From Schmidtea nova (taxonomy: Eukaryota): a stretch of 64,000 nucleotides of DNA. The stretch covers positions 358,298,001 through 358,362,000 of the forward strand of contig CM097883.1 in the NCBI GenBank assembly GCA_044892505.1. Direction: 5' to 3'. Position 1 is the stretch's first letter. Each line of letters starts with the position of its first letter. Both the position numbers and the translations under genes were made by a program. Shown piece after piece: positions 37,974-50,280 of the stretch. The notes under the pieces were generated by a model, which had not been told where the DNA came from, ran no database searches, and saw only the letters and a list, made by a program, of their open reading frames with translations.

Positions 37974-37980
<7 letters not shown>
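35260..37980 (-). mobile_element. Penelope-like element copy 2, 5'-truncated with inverted terminal repeat, flanked by (TA)n
   Basis: ORF1 37037-37846 (LALGPSFVPP), RT-EN 35503-36969, 3' repeat ~35260-35460 and inverted repeat ~37853-37980; hammerhead motifs at 35353-35394 (-) and 37883-37924 (+). Confidence 0.95.
35503..36969 (-). CDS. PLE reverse transcriptase + GIY-YIG endonuclease (copy 2)
   Basis: Near-identical to 10783-12267; RYIDD and GIY-YIG motifs intact. Confidence 0.95.
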   Translation of the reverse strand: MTMLPKDHKSPLKGRPLVSAVDTPSTTLSKVLSEILKTLLPLVPSHLKNTTEFVSEITNTYLPLNAGQQYFWGSLDVSNLYGSIPLHGENNIFGIAASFFETHKANTDLADLTKQDFIELLKLAINSDTVIIKEKPFKQIHGLAMGNNLSPILAIFYMNFIESKIISFFGEKILFWKRYIDDIFIVSTIPLNQILSHANSTNTNIQFTFETPNTEGKIPFLDTIVSFTKGQDTLNANTELYSKSLHSGHILPWKSHVPLQRKIALLIGERKRAIRNCSDANKIQETLENFKTRFLQNGYPEEFVKKHFLNEPYNNKRNNRKRQKHNNNNKHTTYLRLPFLNDTTANKITNIFNQTDLPIHIRPTFITSAPLKSQLRKPPISNISKHKCLCRSTTRCFCFSKNIVYKLSCQKCDATYIGETHRTFRTRLNEHTKIKNSNYYEHWEKVHKTTPSIEETKCQILQEGFKNSLQRLASETFFIKKYKPSNNI

Positions 37981-38043
<63 letters not shown>

Positions 38044-38147
38044 ATTATTTGAGAAAAATTTGAGATTTAATTGAGAAAATGATTTGAGAAAAGGCTAGAA
38101 CAAAGAGCAGATAAAAAAATAAAAGTGTCCGGATTACCCATATTCAC

Positions 38148-38210
<63 letters not shown>

Positions 38211-38481
38211 CACTAGGTATGCATGTATGCACGTGAGTGACTATGTAACGATGTATGATTATATCTTCTATCTACTGATTATTATGAGTAGTACTGTAGA
38301 ATTTGCATATTATCAAGTCAGACAATTTCAGAAAAAACTTGTTTATAGACGAACTTAGATTTAAAAAATTTGTACTTTGAAGTTTTCTTTCTCAGAGTTT
38401 CAGCTAACGAATTTCGATTAATTGTTTTCCGACAGTCCTTAGTCTTCATAGTATTTGCTTCAATGATTTTACATCCTAGTG
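38211..38481. mobile_element. MITE-like element with CACTAGG...CCTAGTG termini
   Basis: Short inverted termini; the left end resembles 6098-6190. No clear TSD. Confidence 0.4.
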
Positions 38482-39403
38482 AATTGCGGGATTATCAGTA
38501 AGATTTAAAGTAAAAATATTCTAAGATGGGTTTCTCAGAAATATTAAAAGAAAGACCTAAATGATATGTTCACTTTATTCAATAAATAAATAAAATGTTA
38601 AATAAAAATAAATATTAACGGGCAGACGGCATTCCAGTTATTTTATTTGACTGTTATTTAAAAAATCAGTGATTAAAGTTTGTCGCTTCGTAAGTTGAGT
38701 TAACATTTCTTCTACTGAATGTAGACTTTGCAATGAGGGTAAGCCATTATCTTGTACCTTCTTAATCTTGCTAATAAGGGAATTAATTTCATATTCGTGA
38801 TTGAGAAGTTGTTGATATAAAGCAAACTCCGATCTCAATAGAATTTAAACAAATGAATAATAACTGAATAAATGCAATACACTCAGTTGACAACGGCGAT
38901 ATATTCATCAGTTAGTCAGCCCAAAAATCTTGCACCATTTCCAAACGCGATCTCCTATAAGTAGACAAATGTGAACATTACCTGATGCATGCACACACAC
39001 TTATCAGTGATAATAATCGGAAACCACAGTAAAATTACAAAACACACCAGAATCTATTGACACTATTCAAAAGTATAAATATACAAACAAATTTGAGTTA
39101 ATAGCGCATTGGTGCATTTCTTATCAAGCCTCCAAAATGTTACGTGAGTGCGGCGTACAAATTGTCTGATTATATTACATTCGTTTGGGAAATGGGGTAA
39201 TAAAATTGTTATGTTAAAATTGAGTATTGTCAAAATCGAGTATTGTTACCGAGTATGCAAATATATCTTTAAAATTATTAGAAAAGTTTACCCCATTCAG
39301 AATGTAACTAATTTCATTATTTTGAATTGTTTCCCAAGATTTCTTCAGTGAAATGCGAAGCTAAAGAAAGACGTAACTGACCTTGCATAACCGAAACAAT
39401 TAC

Positions 39404-40091
39404 CTCATCGCATGATCCGATGTCACTTATTTGATTGAAAAGCAGTCTTACCGTTTCTATGTGACCCGACCAACTTGCCAAATGAATTGCCTGCCAATTT
39501 TCCTGAAAGTTCATATTAAGTGACCTTACAACTTCAGAAATGCACCTTTGTAGTTGCCGCAATATCACAGTTTTGATCAATTAGAAATTGTATAATTTCC
39601 AAGTGACCTTTGTCGCATGCAAAATGAATCGGCCGCCAGTTCCACTGCAAATTAATGCAATGATGATAAAATTATTAATATAATTGAGGTCTACCACATC
39701 CTGTGCCTCAATGTCACATCTCTGATTTACTAGCATCTTTACAATTTCAGTGTTGCCTTCCCAGCACGCCAGGTGGCTAGGCCGCCAGTTATCCTATAGA
39801 AAGGTTATATCAGCATCATTAGCATACAAATGCACCTTAGTACATGCCTCAATATTGCAGTTGTGCTCAATAAGCAGTTTTACGGTTTCTACGTGGCCTT
39901 TCTCACATGCCAAATGAATGGGGCGCATGTTATTCTAGAAGATAATTAATTTATAATAATTAAATTATAATAAATAAATTTACCAAGCTAATACCTGCTT
40001 CAATATCACATTCCTTATTAATTAATAACTTCACGATATCTGCATGTCCTGCTCGGCACGCAAAATGAATCGGGCGCCACGAATATTCAGC
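39404..40091 (-). CDS. Host ankyrin-repeat gene segment: five exons (39984-40091, 39836-39934, 39695-39793, 39546-39644, 39404-39502)
   Basis: Each exon encodes one W/MRPIH.AC..GH.EIVKLL repeat; four are exactly 99 nt; phase-0 introns of 42-50 nt. Confidence 0.92.
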
Positions 40092-40158
40092 CTGGAGAGT
40101 ACGAATTGAAAGAAGTCAAAATTATAATATTTAATTGATAATAATAATAATTGTTATT

Positions 40159-43100
40159 AGTTGGATATTTAAATTAACTGGTGTTTTAATAATTGAGTAT
40201 TTTGGCACTTTTTATAAAATTTTAATTAAATAAATCTATGAAGGAATTGCAGACTTTTAAAACCGAGTTTGATTTAACTAGCTACCACGCCGAAAATCAG
40301 AATGTCAATGGAGTTTCGAAGTCAATAAAGACGTTACTGGAATGCTTACCAAAATCATGCCAATATATGCTCACGCTGAATATCAGACGATATGATGGAC
40401 GAGGATCGAAAGAAGCAGAAGAGTGGATCAGCGACATAGAAGAATGGCTGTTGACAAATGGACAGCGATTGACAAGCACCTTCGATGTGTTGTTAGTGGC
40501 AGAAGCTAAGACATTGTGGGGAAACGTCAGAGAAACAGAAACAACAGAAGTGAGAGCCAAAACTTGGTTCTTAAATACGTTCACGATTACGAAATCAAAA
40601 ACTGACAAAATCAGAGAATTGGCAGTTCTGGAACAGGAAGATGATGAACGGTTTGCAGCTTTCGAGATTCGATTAAGGAAAGCTTTAGCTGAAGTTATAA
40701 ATTCAGGACGATCAGAAGAAGATATTGTTCAAGATCTCATCGCAAATAAAGCACCGAAAACAGCCAAGAGTTCAGAATGGCTCACAGCGATATAGAAGAT
40801 AGATACAATGTTCCTGAAAAAATATACTACATTGAGAGAAAACGGAAATAACATCAGCGACTCCATGGGTTTAATTTCGTCGGTGGAGTCAAGACAATAA
40901 ATTATGAAAGAAGAAATGAACGAAAAAAAGACGAGGCAGAAGAAGAGATGTATCAGACAAAGGATGGAAGAAGTTGGAGTAAAATATTGTTGAATAATAC
41001 AGAAGTAGATATGTTATGGGACTCTGGAGCGTCAGTAAAAGTTATGAGCTAGAATTTGTGGGTGAGAATAGGCAAACCAGACCTTCAACGTAGTAATATA
41101 TTATTATCCGGCGAGTTTTCAACTGGAGGTGAAGAAGCGATAGGATATATGAATATATCGGCCACATGGAATTAGAAGACCAAAAATATCACAGTAGTGA
41201 TTGTAAAAGAGATCAAGCCCGAATTCATAGGAGGTATTGATACAATGAAAGAGTTTGGAGTTAAGTTAGTGAAGAACATATAGAAACCTCAAACACAAAC
41301 AAAATCCACACTGATGAAGAAAGAATAAATAAAGCACTAATGGCGATGGCAAGTGAAAATAATAAAGACATTGAAGGAATAATCAGGAAATACGGCGGAA
41401 TCTTTATGGCGTCGAAATTTGATTTGGGATTTACAAATTTAGTTCGACATGAGATGCGGATAACAGGAGGCCCAATAATGCAACATCCTCGACGTCAACC
41501 AATGCACATGGAGAAAAAGATTGAAGAACTGATAAAAGAATTAATAAAAGCAAATGTTATTTGGTGTTGCAAGAGTCCTTGGAATGCCCCGTTAGTTATA
41601 GTAGGGAAGAAAGATGGATCCATCAAGATGTGTGTGTAAACTATCGTGGATTGAATGCCATAACAGAAAAGGAATCATTTCCGATGCCTAATACCAAATT
41701 CTTACTAGACTGCCTCGCGAATGCAAAGATATTTTCGTCAATTGATTTAGGCCAGGTGTACTATCAAGTAAAGTTGACCCCAGAAATTCAAGAAATGACT
41801 GCATTCAGTACAAGAGAAGGACAATTTTGCTTTAACCGACTACCGTTTGACTTAGCAACAGCTCCTGCGACATTCCAGAGACTGATGCACAAAGTTCTAG
41901 GAGGAATTCTATTCAAAGGGGTAGCTGTTAATTTAGATGATATTTTGATTTATGGGAAAAGTCAAAAAGACCACGATGAGCTACTAGGAGAAATATTTAG
42001 AAGAATTCAAATGGCAGGATTGAAGATAAATCCAGAAAAATGCGAATTCAATAAAACAGAATTGTGTTTCCTTGGGCACACAGTTAACGAGAAGGGTATC
42101 CAGACAAACAGAAAGAAAGTTGAAGAGATCGAGAAAGCAGAAATACCAAAATGTTCAAAGCAATTAAGATCGTTTCTCGGATTAACGAACTATTAAAGAA
42201 GATTCATTAAAGACTGAAACAGAATCGCAGAACCACTATATGCCGCAACATCTGGATGCGATAAAGATATAATTTGGACTAAATAATGCAATGAGAGTTT
42301 CCAAACACTGAAGGAACGGTTGTGCGAGGCACATATCCTTGATTATCCAAGAGAAGATAAGACATTTATCTAAGACACAGACGCTAGCTTTGGAGCTATT
42401 GGTGCAGTTTTGAGCCAAATTAAAGAAGATGGAGAAGAATCTGTTATAGCTTATGGTTCGAGACATATGACATCACATGAAAAGAGTTACTGTGTAACCA
42501 GGAACGAACTGCTTTCTGTATATGAGTATGTCATACATTTTAGAGAATATCTTTACGGAAAGAAATTCATAATTCGCACCGACCACAAAGCATTGGTTTT
42601 CCTGAACACTACAAAAACACCAATCAGTCCGCAGCCAATGAAGGAAAGTCAAAAATCAGATATATATATATATACTATCCAAAGAACAGAAGCTATGAAA
42701 AAAGTATTGGAGCAACAGCAGAAGGACATTAGGTTTCGAGAGTTACGATAGATATTAGGAAATGGATGCGCAGTTTTGATATTTTAAATAATTTTGCTCT
42801 AAAGTTATTTGTTTTTGTTTTTGTTTTACTGCGTAAATAGGTAATTCCTTTTTATAGCGCATATTTAAATATCTGATTATATTATAAATTGGCATTCGTA
42901 GAGCAACTTTTCTAAACAATGAATATTTCAAAAATTCGTGTCATTTTTGAATACGAGTTCGGTCGTGGGTCTAATGCGCAAACGGTACGAAATATGAGTG
43001 ATGTGTTTAGAAGCAAGGTCGTCAATGAGCGAATGGTGCAAAGATGGTTTCAGAAGTTACGCGCAGGATATTTCTCTCTTCAAAATATGCCACGTGGGAA

Positions 43101-45059
43101 ACCTGAGACGAAGGTGAGACAAGCTGATCTGAAAGCTGTAGTGGAGAAGGATCCATCTCAAAGTACTCAGGAGTTAGCGTTGACATTCAATGTCTCCATC
43201 CCTACAATAATTGACCATTTGAAAAAAATTAACAAGGTTAAAAAGCTTGACCGATGGGTACCTCATGAATTATGCGAATATCAGAAAACAAATCGTCTTC
43301 AAGCTTGTCTTTCTTTGTTGTTTCGACATAAAGCCAAACCATTTCTTAAACGTATCGTGACGCGTGACGAAAAATGGATTAGATTCGATAATCGCAAGCG
43401 ATCATTTCAATGGTTGGATAAAGATGAAGCACCTAGATTCTGTCCAAAGCCAAACGTTCACCAAAAGAAAATCATTGTATCTGTCTGGTGGTCCTATGCT
43501 GGTATTATCCACTATACCTTTTCAAAACCAGGAAAATCTATTACAGCAGAAACATACTATACCCAATTAAAGGATATGATGAAACTGCTCGCTATTAAGC
43601 AGCCGAGATTGGTCAATCGAGGCAAACCAATTCTCTTGCAAGACAACGCTCGACCACATGTTGCCAAAGCAACGCTGCTCCAACTATAGGAGTTGGAACT
43701 GGAAACTCTCTGCCACCCACCGTATTCACAAGACCTTGCGCCAACAGACTATCATTTCTTCCGAGCTTTGGATCATTTCTTGGTTGGAAAAATATTCAAT
43801 GCAGATGCGGCTGCGAAAAACGCCTTTCGTGATTTCATCGCCACTCTATCACCAGACTTCTTCGCTGCTGGAATAAACAAGTTACCATTAAGATGGCAGA
43901 ATTGTGTTGATAGTTTTGGTGATTATTTTGAATAAATATATGGTCTTTTGCTTCTTATATTGTAAATCAAAACGTTGATTAAAAATCCGACATTTCATAC
44001 TTAATGACCTAATAACAACAACTCTACATGAAGAATTGTGTCATATTGGAGTTAAGAAACTATTTCATTATATGGAAAAGATGTTTTACTGGCCGAAGAT
44101 GCAAGAAACAATTCAGCTCTGTTTACGATGTTGCGATATCTGCTCTAAGAGAAAGATCGATCAGACAAGAACCAAGGAAATATTTATCCTTAATGTAGTT
44201 CTGAATTCTTAGAACAGATTGTAATGGATGTGGCCTACATGGAAAAAACACCATTAAAAATATATGTTAGTAATGGTGGACCGGTTTAGTAAATTGATTT
44301 CTTTGACCGCAATCAAGAAGCAAGACGAAGGGACAATTTTCAAAACAATACTTAACAGTTGGATCTATCGATTCGGAAAACCAAAGAGCATTTTAACAGA
44401 TAGAGGACGCATTTTTGAAGGGAAGTTTTTAAGACAGATATTACAAAAATTTTGAATATTTACGAACGGTAAGAGATCTTATTACAGCGACATTGGCAGG
44501 TGGTTGTGAAGAGAGAAACTGGAATGAACTTCTACCTAGAATAGAGTTCAGTATAAAAAGCAGTCGACAGAGTGCTACAGGTTTATCACCATTTGAGATA
44601 ATTTATGGACGGAGTGTTAACCTACATTCAAACCTGAAAAAAGCCAAGATATCAAGAAGCGAATGGATAGAAGACGCAAGATATAACTCGAGTAAAGCCG
44701 CAGACACTATGAGAGCTATGGATAAGACAAAGAGAGGAACTCGGGTTTTTGTGGTGGGGGAGGAGGTACTCGTACGCAAAGAACCGCAGAACAGACACAA
44801 GGATGGTATGCAGTACGATGGCCCATATAAAATTATCAGATTTCTATCACCTTATCGAGTCAAACTACATTCGCAAGAAGGAACGAAAGAAAGAAGAATC
44901 GAGTGGCTGAATAAGTGGAAAAGTTCTTAAGAAGGGGGAGTTGGATATTTAAATTAACTGGTGTTTTATTAATTAAGTATTTTGGCTATTTTTATAAAAT
45001 TTTAATTAAATAAATCTATGAAGGAATTGCAGTCTCTTAAAACCGAATTTGATTTAACT
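40159..45059 (+). mobile_element. Degenerate Gypsy LTR retrotransposon with 121-bp AGTT...AACT LTRs (40159-40279, 44939-45059)
   Basis: TTATT TSD; PPT aagaaggggg; gag (AEEWISDIE), protease (LWDSGAS), RT (xLDDILIYG), RNase H (TDAS..AIGAVL), integrase (HEELCHIG, MDV, YDGPY); many stops and frameshifts. Confidence 0.92.
42755..44012 (+). mobile_element. mariner element (DD34D, cecropia/Hsmar1-like) nested in the Gypsy integrase; transposase 42919-43935 with one stop
   Basis: WVPHEL, TRDEKW, LQDNARPH, HPPYSQDLAPTDY (34 residues between the 2nd and 3rd Asp); TA TSDs; the left TIR is partly deleted. Confidence 0.92.
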
Positions 45060-45724
45060 TTATTATTGTTATTTAATATTTTATTATTAGTATTAGTATA
45101 GTTACAATCTCTTCAAAAATCATATCATAAAATCAAAAACAGCAAAATCAAAGATTAAAATCGGTACTAAAATAAAGAGAACAATTTAATAAAAATTATA
45201 TAAGAAATCTCCATGGAAATAACGTAAAAAATAACAGAGATAGTAAGGGAAAAAATTGAAATTAAATTTGATTGTTTTAATCAATCAATTAACTCGCTCA
45301 AAAAGTGGATACACACATTTTTACTAAAATTAAGAATAAATATTTGAAAAATAAATTATAAAATTAAATTTACATAAAATAAATTAATAATAAAATAAAT
45401 AAATAATCATTTATTAAAATAAATAAGTTAAATATTGAAATAAGCATAAATTAAATTGTAGATATTCTTGTTTAATTTGCACAATGCGTAGGCGTTATTT
45501 AGAATTAGTATAAATAGATGCTGAAAATCATAATTTTAACTTTTAACTTACTCTTACGGTCTGATAAGTTCGCTAGCAATATTTGTTCAATTCTACCAGC
45601 TAGCACATTTCATTGTATTTTGTTACTCAAGTGGAACGGTTTGGAGGAATATTTAAGTAGGTTTTATTTCTTTATAATGTGTAATTTGATGATTTCATAT
45701 TTTGCTTAATAAGCATTTGAAATA

Positions 45725-46913
45725 TGTTGGGTTATTAATTTTGAGTTGGTCTAGTTTCTGACTCCTCGTGCTCCTTTAATAACAATATAACTGAGACCCA
45801 ACACAATAAATTTTATTTATTCAAATCTGAGAATTCACAACAACTAAAATCAGAACAAACTGTATTGTTTCTACACTCTCTTTCTGCACTCCTTGTCTAA
45901 GCGATAGGAGTAGGTCTACCAAGGGTAGATTGCCCTTTCTGATACCCTTGATTGTGTTGGGTTATTAACGCGAAGTCGGTAATTTCTGACTCCTGTGTTC
46001 TCTTTCAATCACGAAAATAAATGAAACCCAACACAATAACTTTATATTATTTTTCCAATGAACAATAACACTTTTATCACAAAAAGTTACTAATGCTCTG
46101 CACTCTTCCGCCTGACGGTAGAACACCCAATGGGATATCTCCCTCTCTGGCACGCAAGAAGATTTAAATTCAATTTCTACCTTTGATTTTCTCTACACGC
46201 TTCCTCCAAATAGCTTCTAGTTGTTTTACAAGTTCTGTTTATGCTTGAAATTTATCTTTGACCACTTTGGCTTGACAATTTGGCTTCGACCCAACTGGCG
46301 ATATCGGCAATTTGCTCTCCGTTTATATACTACTTTTTGTTGTCATCCTGTCGGCTTAATTTGGATCTGTTGAAAATGAAATAATTAAATTTGTTTGACC
46401 GCCGCATAATTGAGCTTCGCCGTTAATGGTTTTTCGGCTCTTCTCAGGGCATTCAATTTATTTAGATAATTAAATGATTTTATTGATGCCCTGAGTTTCC
46501 CATTAGCTCGGGTTTCCCCTTTGTTTAACCACCGCCTAATTGAGTTTCGCCGCTAATGGTTTTTCGGCTCTTCCCGGGGCATTCAATTTATTTCGATAAT
46601 TAAATGATTTTGTTGATGCCCCAGGTTTCCCATTAGCTCGGGTTTCCAATTAGACGATTAATTATTTTTAATTAATTTGTATTTTCTTAATTTATCTTTC
46701 TGGAACCCCTTTTTATTTTTTTATACCCATATTCGAATTCGTCTCGTCATTTGGCATTCTCTCATACCAGTTTCCCCCGCTCAATCTTTATTTTGATTTT
46801 TTTTATAAATTTTTAATTAATGTTTGCACATTAATTCTTATTTTTCCAATTTTTGTATTTTTATTGATTTGTGCCATTTAAATTTACTTTCTGTAATTTT
46901 AGCAACCGCAACA
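45725..46913 (-). repeat. ~1.19 kb 3' LTR (TGTTG...CAACA) preceded by PPT and a TTCGAGGACGAATCT motif
   Basis: PPT AAAAGGGGAGATA immediately upstream; TATA-like AGTATATAAAC; internal duplications. Confidence 0.75.
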
Positions 46914-48429
46914 TATCTCCCCTTTTTTTAAGATTCGTCCTCGAATCTACATATATAAATATTCGACCATAAATCCTGCCTATTATCATATAATAATAAT
47001 GGTAATGATAATATCACCAATAAGTGTAATAATAATGATAATAATGATGATAATAATAATAATACTAGTGATAATAATAATAAATTCGATAAAAATAGTA
47101 ACTACAATGATATAAGTATAATAATGATGATGATAATAGTATTAGTAGTATCACTACTAACAATAATGATAATAATGATAGTAATAACATTTATAATAGT
47201 GATAATGCTAGTAATAATAATATTAGCAACAGTNNNNNNNNNNNNNNNNNNNNNNNNNNNNNNNNNNNNNNNNNNNNNNNNNNNNNNNNNNNNNNNNNNN
47301 NNNNNNNNNNNNNNNNNNNNNNNNNNNNNNNNNNNNNNNNNNNNNNNNNNNNNNNNNNNNNNNNNNNNNNNNNNNNNNNNNNNNNNNNNNNNNNNNNNAA
47401 CAATAATTAATATCATGACAACAACAATAATAATAACAACCACAACAATCACAAATAACAACAATCACAATTGCTAGTAATAATAATATTAGCAACNNNN
47501 NNNNNNNNNNNNNNNNNNNNNNNNNNNNNNNNNNNNNNNNNNNNNNNNNNNNNNNNNNNNNNNNNNNNNNNNNNNNNNNNNNNNNNNNNNNNNNNNNNNN
47601 NNNNNNNNNNNNNNNNNNNNNNNNNNNNNNNNNNNNNNNNNNNNNNNNNNNNNNNNNNNNNNNNNNNNNNNNNNNNNNNNNNNNNACAATAATTAATATC
47701 ATGACAACAACAATAATAATAACAACCACAACAATCACAAATAACAATAATTATCATCAAAACNNNNNNNNNNNNNNNNNNNNNNNNNNNNNNNNNNNNN
47801 NNNNNNNNNNNNNNNNNNNNNNNNNNNNNNNNNNNNNNNNNNNNNNNNNNNNNNNNNNNNNNNNNNNNNNNNNNNNNNNNNNNNNNNNNNNNNNNNNNNN
47901 NNNNNNNNNNNNNNNNNNNNNNNNNNNNNNNNNNNNNNNNNNNNNNNNNNNNNNNATAATAAGTATTATTTACTTAAAACACAAATAAACAAAATTTGAT
48001 TAATTATGGAAGTTCAAATATAATCCCAGAATTGCATCGAATAAGCGAAAATTGATTGAATCTATTAAAACGTTTTCCCTTAATTGTCAACTCCTGAGGG
48101 AAGTAATCGAATTTCCATCATCAAAATGAAATTTCCCCCATTTTATATTTCATTGTTTGATGATGAAAATTTTCTGCGACAGTATTTGTCGGCTTTGACA
48201 ATTAAATTGATTTTTTATTGAAGAGCAGTTTGCTCTGCTTGAGAACAAGAGCGCCGCCACCGCCGTGAATATATGTGGCGGTATAAAGTTCTAAAATGAT
48301 ACACACAGACACGAATTATAAAAGTTAACAAGGCATGCCTAGCTAATTCACAGTCTGCTTACTGACATTTGTCTAGTCTCACAGCTGACTTGGGAAGTAT
48401 ATAAATAGAAATTACTATGTGCACCTCTT

Positions 48430-48777
48430 TTTATGTCATTTTTTCGGCTCTTCCGGGGCATTCAATTTATTTCGATAATTAAATGATTTTGTTGATGCCC
48501 TGGGTTTCCCACATCGCTCGGGTTTCCCATTAGACGATTAATTATTTTTAATTAATTTGTATTTTCTTAATTTATCTTTCTGGGGACCCCTTTTTATTTT
48601 TATATACCCATATTCGAATTCGTCTCGTCATTTGGCATTCTCTCATACCAGTTTCCCCGCTCAATCTTTAATTTGATTTTTTTATAAATTTTATAAAATT
48701 CTTATTTTTCCAATTTTTGTATTTTTATTGATTTGTGCCATTTAAATTTACTTTCTGTAATTTTAGCAACCCCAACA
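48430..48777 (-). repeat. U3 fragment of the same LTR
   Basis: Near-identical to ~46550-46913 but with no PPT upstream. Confidence 0.8.
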
Positions 48778-48999
48778 ATTGACTAATGTTACTGCACGAA
48801 AATCTCCTTTTCACTTACTCTATCTTTAAAACTGACGATAATTCTCTTGGGCCAAACTGGTAATTTTCTGTTTTTCTTGCCGCTTTTATATTTTACCAAT
48901 TTGTCAACAAATTAGTTATGTTTTCCAAACTGGTGGTCAAATTCAATTATGATATTCCGTAATTGGAATTTTGCTAATTATAATTTGCTCTAATTTGAT

Positions 49000-49817
49000 T
49001 TCTTTGATCCGCGTTTTTGTTTATTCAATTTCCTCTTGAATTCCCCTTTGCTCGAGCTCTCCACTAGCCCGGATCTTCCATTCATAAATCTTTAATTAAT
49101 TTCTATTTACTGAATATCTTTTTCTGGGGACCCCCTATTGATATTTTATTATCATATTCGTACTCGTCTCTCCATTTGTCATCCGTACATACCATTTCCC
49201 CCGTTAAATCTTTATTTTTAATTTTTCAAATTTTTATTAATTTTTTTTTAATTGTGAATTTAACGCTTTCAGCCTTTTTATTGATTTTACTTCAACCCCT
49301 GGCGCACGCCCATTTTACTTGCACTACTTCAGCCTAACCCCAACATATCTCCCCTTTAAATTGAGATTCGTCCTCGAATTCATTTTAATTTATTTTACGT
49401 ATTCAATACAATGATCAACAATTTGAATCTGGTAATTCAACTGAAAGATTAACCACAGAAATATACTACAGAAAAAAGGAAATAACTTTATTTAAAACTC
49501 GTAGAATGACCATCAACCGACCTCAGTAAGACAAAACAATATCACTAATCTGGCACTCGACCAGAATTACATGGAAATGTTCACCGAGATCACAAGGGAC
49601 CATTCCGACTAGTAACTAATTGGTGCAAATTAACCACAATCTCAAAATCTTAATGATAGCCTAATAGTAACGACGATATTGAGGGTATTGTAGCAACTGT
49701 ATCGATAAAATAGACCATTTAAGTTAAAGTTTGTGTAATATTATTTTGTATTTTGTGTTTTTTTTTGAGTAGGAGTTTCTACTTGTTCCGCACGTTTATT
49801 CATTTGTTTCGATGCTT

Positions 49818-49857
<40 letters not shown>

Positions 49858-50280
49858 TAATAATAATAATAGTAAATAATGGTAATTAACAATGATTATT
49901 GAAATAGCATCATTACGGTGATAACNNNNNNNNNNNNNNNNNNNNNNNNNNNNNNNNNNNNNNNNNNNNNNNNNNNNNNNNNNNNNNNNNNNNNNNNNNN
50001 NNNNNNNNNNNNNNNNNNNNNNNNNNNNNNNNNNNNNNNNNNNNNNNNNNNNNNNNNNNNNNNNNNNNNNNNNNNNNNNNNNNNNNNNNNNNNNNNNNNN
50101 NNNNNNNNNNNNNNNNNNNNNNNNNNTATAGAAATTTAACCCGCGTATTATTCAAAATATTTTTTTTCATTTATAATAATAATACTATAAACATTAACAA
50201 TAATAATTGTAACCATAATAATAATAATATAATAATTATAATGATAGTAATATTAATAATTGCAATGACCATAACCTAAC
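49000..50280 (-). repeat. LTR-element 3' module (LTR start 49345, PPT, 3' UTR, AAT tracts); duplicated at ~51960-52980 (LTR start 52227)
   Basis: Collinear high similarity between the two blocks, including GAATTCGAGGACGAATCTCAAT..AAAGGGGAGATA-TGTTGGGG. Confidence 0.7.
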
